DNA of 64,000 nucleotides from Patescibacteria group bacterium (GTDB taxonomy: Bacteria; Patescibacteriota; Patescibacteriia; Buchananbacterales; UBA6539): assembly GCA_041649675.1 (NCBI GenBank), contig JBAZMQ010000004.1:16338-80337 (forward strand). The letters run 5' to 3'. The position numbers were made by a program, and so were the translations under genes. Below the pieces are notes generated by a model. It was given only the letters and a program-made list of their open reading frames with translations, had not been told where the DNA came from and made no database searches. Shown in pieces: positions 57,909 through 64,000 of this stretch. The stretch's first letter is position 1; every line of letters starts with the position of its first letter.

Positions 57909-59378
57909 ATGAACTTAAACGAACTGACAATTAAAGAAGCCAATGAAGGCTTGAAGAAAAAAGATTTTTCCAGCTTGGAACTGACCAAGGCTTGCTTGGC
58001 TCAAATCAAAAAAACCGATGATAAGATAAAATCTTTTATTACCGTGACTTCAGATTTGGCTTTGCAGCAGGCCAAGGCTTCAGACAAGGTTGGTGATTTT
58101 TCTGACCCCTTAACCGGTATTCCTTTGGCGGTTAAAGATTGTTTTTGTACCAAAGATGTTAAAACTACCGGTGGCTCAAAAATTTTGCAAAATTATATTC
58201 CGCCATACTCAGCTACGACCATTGAAAAACTGGAAGCTAAGAAATCAGTTATGCTAGGCAAGGTCAATTTGGACGAATTTACTATGGGTTCGTCAACTGA
58301 AAACTCTGGTTTTTTCCCAACCCATAATCCCTGGGATTTAAGCAGGGTACCGGGCGGGAGTTCTGGCGGTTCAGCTTCGGCGGTTTGCGCCAATCAAACC
58401 TTATTCGCTTTAGGCACTGATACTGGCGGTTCAATTCGTGAACCAGCTTCCTTTTGTGGTATTACCGGTTTGAAAGTTACTTATGGCCGAGTGTCGCGTT
58501 ACGGTGTAATGTCTTACGCTTCATCTTTTGATACCATTGGTCCGTTAACTAAAACCGTAGAGGATGCCGCCATGGTTTTAAATGCTTTAGCCGGGGCTGA
58601 TGCCAAAGACTCAACCACACCGCCAGTTGCCGTACCGGATTATACTGCCAATTTATCCAAAGACATTAAAGGTATGAAAATTGGCGTGCCGAAAGAATAT
58701 TTTGTCGCTGGTATGGATCCGCAAGTTGAAAAAACCATCAAGCAAGCGATTGCCAAGTTTGAAGATTTGGGCGCTAAAGTTTCTGAAGTCAGCCTGCCTT
58801 TAACCAAATATGCCATTGCCACTTATTATATTCTAGTTAAATCCGAAGCCAGTGCTAACTTAGCCCGTTATGATGGTGTCCGTTATGGTTATTCAGCCAA
58901 GGCTGAAACTTTGTTGGATAATTATTTGCAAAGCCGCGCTCAAGGTTTTGGCCCGGAAGTCAAGCGCAGCATTATGATGGGTACTTATACTTTGTCAGCT
59001 GGTTACTATGACGCTTACTACTTAAAAGCGGCTAAGGTTCGGACTTTAATTAAGCAGGATTTTGAAAAAGTATTATCTCAAGTTGATTGCTTAATGACGC
59101 CGGTAGCGCCAACTGTGGCTTTTAAATTGGGTGAAAAAGTTGACGATCCTTTGACCATGTATTTAGCCGACATTTTTACTATTTCAATGAATATTGCTGG
59201 TGTACCCGCCTTGTCTATCCCTTGTGGCTTTGTGAAACCCAAAGACGGTAAAACTGAAATGCCGGTTGGTTTGCAAATAATTGGTAAGCAGTTTGCCGAA
59301 GGAACAATTTTGCAAATTGGCCACAATTTTCAAAAAGCTTCTGATTGGCACAAAAGACAGCCGATTATAGAAGAATAG
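57909..59378 (+). CDS. gatA: Glu/Asp-tRNA amidotransferase subunit A (amidase signature family)
   Basis: Amidase signature 'GGSSGGSASAV', 'GTDTGGSIREPA' and Ser-cisSer-Lys triad context. Confidence 0.9.
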   Translation: MNLNELTIKEANEGLKKKDFSSLELTKACLAQIKKTDDKIKSFITVTSDLALQQAKASDKVGDFSDPLTGIPLAVKDCFCTKDVKTTGGSKILQNYIPPYSATTIEKLEAKKSVMLGKVNLDEFTMGSSTENSGFFPTHNPWDLSRVPGGSSGGSASAVCANQTLFALGTDTGGSIREPASFCGITGLKVTYGRVSRYGVMSYASSFDTIGPLTKTVEDAAMVLNALAGADAKDSTTPPVAVPDYTANLSKDIKGMKIGVPKEYFVAGMDPQVEKTIKQAIAKFEDLGAKVSEVSLPLTKYAIATYYILVKSEASANLARYDGVRYGYSAKAETLLDNYLQSRAQGFGPEVKRSIMMGTYTLSAGYYDAYYLKAAKVRTLIKQDFEKVLSQVDCLMTPVAPTVAFKLGEKVDDPLTMYLADIFTISMNIAGVPALSIPCGFVKPKDGKTEMPVGLQIIGKQFAEGTILQIGHNFQKASDWHKRQPIIEE

Positions 59379-59573
59379 CCAGGTCGTTAAATTTCAAATA
59401 AATCACAAATATCAAATCCAAAATTTTTATAACTCGTTTTGGGTTTTAAATATTGTAATTTATAATTTGTTTGGAATTTAGAATTTATTATTTGGTGCTT
59501 TTGTGCTCTTGCTTAAAGAGTCCATTAATGATAAAATATTAAATATTATTAATTATTATTAACAAGTTAAATT

Positions 59574-60326
59574 ATGGCAGAAAAAAAATTCTTTGACATG
59601 TCGCCAACCCAAAGCTTGGTTTTTGGCTTAATTTCTGGCGTTGCTGTCATTAGTTTGATTGGTTTTTTGTTTCTTTTGGTCGGTGGCCAAGTTAGTTTTG
59701 GAGCAAAAAGCGATAAATCAGACAAGGTAGTGAATGTTAACGCTAATGTTAACACTAATGTTAATCCGACTCCAACCCAGGCCGAGCCGGAAGCGGCTAG
59801 TGATGTTACTAAACTTTCACCAGTTACCAGCGCTGACCATATTCGTGGCAATGCCAATGCCAAAGTTACTTTAATTGTGATTTCTGATTTCCAGTGCCCT
59901 TACTGCCAGCGACATGAGCCAACTATGCAGCAAGTCTTAAAAAATTATGGTGATAAAGTAAGAATTGTTTGGCGCAATTTTCCATTAACCAGTATTCATC
60001 CTTACGCTGAAAAAGCAGCGGAAGCGGCTGAATGTGCCGGTGAGCAGGACAAATTTTGGGAGATGCATGATAAGCTATTTGAAAACCAAAGTGCTTTGAC
60101 TAATGATGACTTAAAGTCTTATGCTAAAGCTTTGGGTTTAAATACATCTAAATTTAATGATTGTTTGGATTCAAGCAAAATGGCTGCCAAAATTGCCAAA
60201 CAGTCCGAAGAATCTCAAGCCGCTGGCGTCTCTGGTACTCCAGGTACATTTGTTAATGATCAGTTAGTCAAAGGTGCTTATCCGTACGATACCTTCAAGA
60301 CCATGATTGATGCTTTGCTAAAGTAA
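59574..60326 (+). CDS. DsbA-like thioredoxin-fold thiol:disulfide oxidoreductase, membrane-anchored
   Basis: N-terminal TM, 'CPYC' active site at 'DFQCPYCQRHEP', and a DsbA-like C-terminal region. Confidence 0.75.
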   Translation: MAEKKFFDMSPTQSLVFGLISGVAVISLIGFLFLLVGGQVSFGAKSDKSDKVVNVNANVNTNVNPTPTQAEPEAASDVTKLSPVTSADHIRGNANAKVTLIVISDFQCPYCQRHEPTMQQVLKNYGDKVRIVWRNFPLTSIHPYAEKAAEAAECAGEQDKFWEMHDKLFENQSALTNDDLKSYAKALGLNTSKFNDCLDSSKMAAKIAKQSEESQAAGVSGTPGTFVNDQLVKGAYPYDTFKTMIDALLK

Positions 60327-60351
60327 AAAATCTAGCTACTCAAATAAAAAT

Positions 60352-60380
60352 GGCCGAGGCTTAATGCCTCGGTCGTTTTG
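60352..60380 (+). terminator. Intrinsic terminator after the dsbA-like gene (GGCCGAGGC-TTAAT-GCCTCGGTC + GTTTT)
   Basis: 9-bp GC-rich stem with one G-U pair, followed by a U-tract. Confidence 0.8.
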
Positions 60381-60402
60381 GATTGGTAAAATCATTGAAT
60401 AT

Positions 60403-60431
60403 TTGACAAAAATCAATAAATATGTTAATAT
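60403..60431 (+). promoter_or_regulatory. Near-consensus sigma70 promoter: TTGACA - 17 bp - TAATAT with extended -10 TG
   Basis: TTGACA at 60403-60408, a 17-nt spacer ending 'TGT', TAATAT at 60426-60431. Lies ~130 nt upstream of the cassette start codon. Confidence 0.7.
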
Positions 60432-60560
60432 CTAGGGTTCAAATTGCGCCGCTGACCTGTTGTTAGCTAAGCAATTTTGAGCTCTTTGAAAATGGCTGAA
60501 ATTTAGTGTGGATTTCAGTTTTGAAAAATGAAACACAACAAGGAAAGGAGACGTCAAGTT

Positions 60561-60857
60561 ATGAGTACCATTAGAACCTCAGGACACGATGTCAACCAAG
60601 TACCAGGTTATGCCGAATGGGCAAACTGGTGGCGAGCCCAAATGGTTCAAAACCGAACATTGGATGCGTTTACGGTTGTTAATGCCGCAGCCGGTGCTAG
60701 CTCTCGCACTGATGCTTACAGGCGGGGCTGTCGTTTCGGTTTAGGTGATCACAGTGCGAGAAGGGCAGGCAATTTATGGAAGTTCCTTCATGATTCAGGG
60801 ATTAAGGAGGAGATGTTGAAGGTATTTGTCGTGAATAACAAGGGAGGTGAGTCATGA
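60561..60857 (+). CDS. Small soluble hypothetical protein (98 aa), first gene of a compositionally distinct cassette
   Basis: RBS AAGGAAAGGAG 10 nt upstream of ATG 60561 (the track start 60528 is less likely). Trp/Arg-rich ('WANWWRAQMVQNR'). The stop overlaps the next start (ATGA). GC and codon usage (CTG, GCG, CGC) are atypical for the window. Confidence 0.55.
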   Translation: MSTIRTSGHDVNQVPGYAEWANWWRAQMVQNRTLDAFTVVNAAAGASSRTDAYRRGCRFGLGDHSARRAGNLWKFLHDSGIKEEMLKVFVVNNKGGES

Positions 60858-61957
60858 AAACGCTGCAAACGTACTGGGCGAAAGTCTCAAGCAACAAGGC
60901 TTGGCAAGGGCGCTTGTTGATCCTTGCGCTTTTTTTTGCATTAGTAGTGCTTGATGCTTTAGCAACGGGCATTATCACTCTTGCGAAGCTGAGTGCCATC
61001 TTCCTGAAACTGACCAATAGCTGGCAGGAAATTCTGACTGTGACAGCAAGTCTTTGGATCCTCTGGTTGCAGATTCTGGGCAGTTGTTTTATCGTTTGGC
61101 GCCAGAAGCAGAGCCAACGTGATAAGACCGGAGTGTCAGTTTTTGCCTTGAGGACTTGGCGCAGTTGGTGGCAAGACGCGTGGGGAGCGAATGCAATTCA
61201 AGGCCAGATTATCACTGCCTGCCTTGGGATGTCTCTAGTAATTGTTGATGCGGAAATCGGTAACACGATTAATTTTGACCAGTACAAAACTTTCTCCCAA
61301 GTTCTGGTCATATTGCCCCTGTTGCTACCGGCAGCGGGACTCTGTACCAACAGTGAGGGTTTTGGTAAGTTCGTGCTGACATTTGGCACAAGCTTAATCT
61401 TTGGGGGATATCCCGGGTTTATGATTAAGGGGCTTATTGGCTTGGGCCATGATGCCAATAACATTTCGTCTTTTTCGGTTGCTGCGGCGGCCGTGACGAT
61501 GATCGCGATGTACTGGTGCTTCTTTCAGATAGGGCACCTATCGAGATTCTTTCTCTATATGTGTACCAACATATTTCGTCCGTCTGACTTCCCGAAGTCC
61601 GCGTCCAAGGTTATCTGGATGCTAATCTTCGTCTTTCAAGGGAGCCTGGCGAGATCGGTCCTGAGCACTTACCCCGTTAGTAATTGGGAGTTGCTATTTG
61701 GGCCGCAATGGTACACCGGCGATGTTGACAAGGAGTCTCTATGGCGAAAAGTCGAAGTTGCCCTGCTTGATTTCACCGCCGACTGGAGCGAGGAACGCCG
61801 GATTTTATGGCGAACTGATCTGGATACGGCGCATCGGGACATATTGGAGTATGCGAAAGTAAACCTTCAGCAAGCTGTAAGGATTGGTGAAAGCTCTCGC
61901 CTCTATGAACAGCTCGGTGCCCTGCAGGCATTCCTTGCACCTCCCGCATCTGCGTAA
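60854..61957 (+). CDS. Polytopic membrane protein (367 aa, ~7 TM) with a ~100-aa C-terminal cytoplasmic domain, second gene of the cassette
   Basis: Strong SD AGGGAGGTG before ATG 60854. Multiple hydrophobic helices. No recognisable family motif. GC ~50%, above the window's ~40%. Confidence 0.6.
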   Translation: MKTLQTYWAKVSSNKAWQGRLLILALFFALVVLDALATGIITLAKLSAIFLKLTNSWQEILTVTASLWILWLQILGSCFIVWRQKQSQRDKTGVSVFALRTWRSWWQDAWGANAIQGQIITACLGMSLVIVDAEIGNTINFDQYKTFSQVLVILPLLLPAAGLCTNSEGFGKFVLTFGTSLIFGGYPGFMIKGLIGLGHDANNISSFSVAAAAVTMIAMYWCFFQIGHLSRFFLYMCTNIFRPSDFPKSASKVIWMLIFVFQGSLARSVLSTYPVSNWELLFGPQWYTGDVDKESLWRKVEVALLDFTADWSEERRILWRTDLDTAHRDILEYAKVNLQQAVRIGESSRLYEQLGALQAFLAPPASA

Positions 61958-61969
61958 GTAAATTTTCGT

Positions 61970-62042
61970 GCCGCACAAACTTAAGTGTCCAAATCCAAGT
62001 GATTGGAAGAGGACCAAATAAGTTTGTGCGGCTTTTCTTTTT
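61970..62042 (+). terminator. Long terminator-like hairpin: 13-bp perfect stem GCCGCACAAACTT / AAGTTTGTGCGGC, 37-nt loop with a nested hairpin, then TTTTCTTTTT
   Basis: Arms at 61970-61982 and 62020-62032 are exact reverse complements, followed by a U-tract. Confidence 0.7.
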
Positions 62043-62079
62043 GCTTGCAAAAATACCTTATTTATGCTATAAAACCATT

Positions 62080-63216
62080 ATGGAAAAAGCAAAAATCACT
62101 AAAGAAAAGATTTATAATTTTTTTGAACAACCGGAAAGCTTTTTAGCTAAGCTGGTGCAGCTTTTTATTTTTGCCCTGATTATATTGTCGATAGTTTTGA
62201 TTGTTGTTGAATTTTTTTACGTCCAGACTTTTGAAAAGTATAAAACTTTGATTTATATTGCGGATTATTTTATTTTAGCGGTTTTTACCGTTGAGTATGT
62301 TTTAAGAATTATCACGTCACCAAAAAAGGTAAAGTTTTTCTTTAAGCCGTTTAACCTGATTGATTTTTTGGCAGTTTTTCCAAATTATTTAGAATTGTTT
62401 TTACACCAATTCATTCCGACCAATGCCATTAGAATTTTGCGGTTAGTCAGAATATTTCGGGGCGTTAAGATGCTCAAATATGGTAGTCTTTTTAAAAAAG
62501 TTTTTCGTTATAAAAATACCATTTTGCAGTCCATCACCGGCGTTATTGTTTTCTTTATAGCCTTCAAGGGTGTAATTTGGATTTTAGAATCATACGGCTT
62601 TTGGATTTCCAATGCGGATTTGGGCGAGTTGTTCGCGATTATCGGTTTTGCCTTAGGCATTATTCTTTCCCAAAAAATCGGAGTTAGTTATGATAAGTTT
62701 ATTCAAGTGGAAGAGTCAGCCGTCAGGCTTTATGGCACTTTACAATCATTAACTTTAATTTTAAATAAAATTGAACCTGGTTTAGGTACCAGGTCATGCC
62801 AGAAATGGGCCAAGGAATTTTTAGAAATTTTGGAAGATCCGCGAGCTGATAATTATAAAATTTTTAAAGTTAATGACGAATTGCATCAAGTTATTGCTAA
62901 AATTGAAAATGTGCCCGCTGACTTAGCCGCCTTTCATGGCGATATTTGTCGCGATGCCGCTTTCTGCTTAAGTAAAAAGGTTCGTCTGACACCCAAAGCT
63001 TATGACACTTTGCTGCATCAGTCGGTTATGCTTTATCTGGCTTTAACCGCCGTATTTATTCCCGGTATTACCGGTATGATTTCGGTCATTGTCGCCACCT
63101 ATGTTTTGTACGGAATGTATAACTTAACTCAGGATTTTGATTCAATCATTGGCGGGGAATTTAATTTAATTAGTATTAACATTTCCGAACTTAAGTACTT
63201 GGCTAATAATAAATAA
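62080..63216 (+). CDS. Voltage-sensor-domain ion-channel-like membrane protein (6 TM; S4 with periodic Arg) plus C-terminal cytoplasmic domain
   Basis: S4 'AIRILRLVRIFRGVKMLK', S2/S3 acidic residues, and a very short S5-S6 connector ('ESYGFWISNADLGE') lacking a canonical K+ filter. ATG 62080 is preferred (candidate promoter TTGCAA-17-TATAAA at 62045-62073). Confidence 0.55.
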   Translation: MEKAKITKEKIYNFFEQPESFLAKLVQLFIFALIILSIVLIVVEFFYVQTFEKYKTLIYIADYFILAVFTVEYVLRIITSPKKVKFFFKPFNLIDFLAVFPNYLELFLHQFIPTNAIRILRLVRIFRGVKMLKYGSLFKKVFRYKNTILQSITGVIVFFIAFKGVIWILESYGFWISNADLGELFAIIGFALGIILSQKIGVSYDKFIQVEESAVRLYGTLQSLTLILNKIEPGLGTRSCQKWAKEFLEILEDPRADNYKIFKVNDELHQVIAKIENVPADLAAFHGDICRDAAFCLSKKVRLTPKAYDTLLHQSVMLYLALTAVFIPGITGMISVIVATYVLYGMYNLTQDFDSIIGGEFNLISINISELKYLANNK

Positions 63217-63221
63217 AAATT

Positions 63222-64000
63222 ATGAAAAAAAAGGTCTTAATTATATTTTGTGGCGGTACGATTATCATGCAGGAAGCCAAGGACGGAGCGCTGGTGGTTG
63301 ATGAAAAAGAGAAAGCGATCAAGTCCTTGATAAACTTGGAGCCAAAATTAAAAGAAATTGTCCAACTTGAAGTTCATTATCTTGACAACATTGATAGCAC
63401 TAATATGAAGCCCGAGCACTGGGATAAAATGACGGCTGTAATCGCGGAAAATTATGATAAATATGATGGCTTTGTTATTACTCATGGCACCGATACAATG
63501 GCGTATACGGCTAGTGCCCTTTCTTTTTCTCTGCAAGAAATCGGTAAGCCAGTGGTTCTAACCGGTTCACAAATTCCCGGTAGCAAAATTGAAACTGACG
63601 GTCGACGGAATTTTGTTAACGCTGTTAGCGTTGCTACTATGGATATTGCCGGGGTAATGCTTGTCTTTGATGAAGAGATTATTTTGGGTGCGCGTGCTTC
63701 TAAAGTTTCCGAATCAAAACTTGATGCATTTGAAACAATCAACTGGGATTTACTTGGTGAAATTAGAATTGATATTCGCCTAAGTGATGAGCATAAGCCC
63801 CGTCATAACCGGCCTTTAAACATAAGGAATGGTTTTGAACCGAATGTAATTGTTATTAGCATGACGCCAGGTGTCTCGGTAAAAACTCTAATGACTATTT
63901 TAGATAGTGGCATGAAAGGAATTATTCTTTCCGGTTACGGCTCGGGCAACATTGCCTATGAATATTTGGAAGTTATTGAAAAAGCGGGAGAGAAAAAAAT
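63222..64000 (+). CDS. ansA: L-asparaginase (type I-like), 3'-truncated by the window end
   Basis: 'VLIIFCGGTI', 'ITHGTDTMAYTASALSF' and 'VVLTGSQIP' asparaginase motifs. The ORF is open to the window end. Confidence 0.85.
   Translation, partial: MKKKVLIIFCGGTIIMQEAKDGALVVDEKEKAIKSLINLEPKLKEIVQLEVHYLDNIDSTNMKPEHWDKMTAVIAENYDKYDGFVITHGTDTMAYTASALSFSLQEIGKPVVLTGSQIPGSKIETDGRRNFVNAVSVATMDIAGVMLVFDEEIILGARASKVSESKLDAFETINWDLLGEIRIDIRLSDEHKPRHNRPLNIRNGFEPNVIVISMTPGVSVKTLMTILDSGMKGIILSGYGSGNIAYEYLEVIEKAGEKK

Noticed and set aside
60386-62042. Interpretation of the higher-GC cassette as assembly contamination or a chimera
   Set aside because: The cassette is flanked on both sides by host-like AT-rich intergenic DNA with a terminator and a promoter that read continuously. 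An integrated, horizontally acquired cassette is the simpler explanation, though read-level verification is still advisable.
63222-64000. Asparaginase-like ORF as archaeal-type GatD compensating for the missing gatB
   Set aside because: The protein starts directly with the asparaginase catalytic motif (GGTI) and lacks the N-terminal extension of GatD. With gatC and gatA present, a bacterial GatCAB is expected, so I call it plain L-asparaginase.

Overview
This 64-kb window comes from a low-GC, gene-dense bacterial genome, read from the sequence and the six-frame ORF track only. The gene content resembles Candidate Phyla Radiation / Patescibacteria genomes, but this is inference, not shown by any search.

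Contents from 5' to 3':
- 26-7915: a 2629-aa cysteine-rich giant secreted/surface protein, probably 5'-truncated by the window edge. It carries two CBM4_9-like carbohydrate-binding modules and a thrice-repeated C.(A/E)QAAGC motif.
- 7924-20029: a co-directional operon resembling a minimal Gram-positive-type type IV secretion system. It holds a VirB6/TrbL-like polytopic protein with a roughly 950-aa C-terminal extension, a PrgI/VirB3-like small membrane protein, a VirB4 ATPase split into two ORFs, and a VirB8-like anchored protein. metK, two hypotheticals and comF sit in the same operon.
- 20076-20969: tRNA-Ser(GCU), then tRNA-Arg(GCG) followed directly by a tandem duplicate of its 3' 52 nt.
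- 20996-32085: recG, then on the minus strand mpg, radA, a PD40 beta-propeller protein, a K/E-rich membrane protein, a clpC-like ATPase, htpX and lemA.
- 32258-36259: two large secreted repeat proteins.
- 36361-54760: a complete type IV pilus locus (pilM, pilN, pilO, pilB, an orphan receiver, pilT, pilC, pilD, four minor pilins). It has two major-pilin paralogs that share a near-identical 5' ~190 bp and bracket three GT-C-like polytopic membrane proteins.
- 54803-60326: ligA, a 690-bp structured non-coding region (candidate ncRNA ending in an intrinsic terminator), gatC, gatA and a DsbA-like oxidoreductase.
- 60386-62042: a compositionally distinct, translationally coupled two-gene cassette (small soluble protein plus 7-TM protein) with its own near-consensus sigma70 promoter and a long terminator hairpin. 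It looks horizontally acquired and has no assignable function.
- 62080-64000: a voltage-sensor-containing channel-like protein and the 5' part of an L-asparaginase.

The two most interesting candidates for undescribed biology are the giant-adhesin-plus-minimal-T4SS operon and the foreign-looking two-gene cassette.
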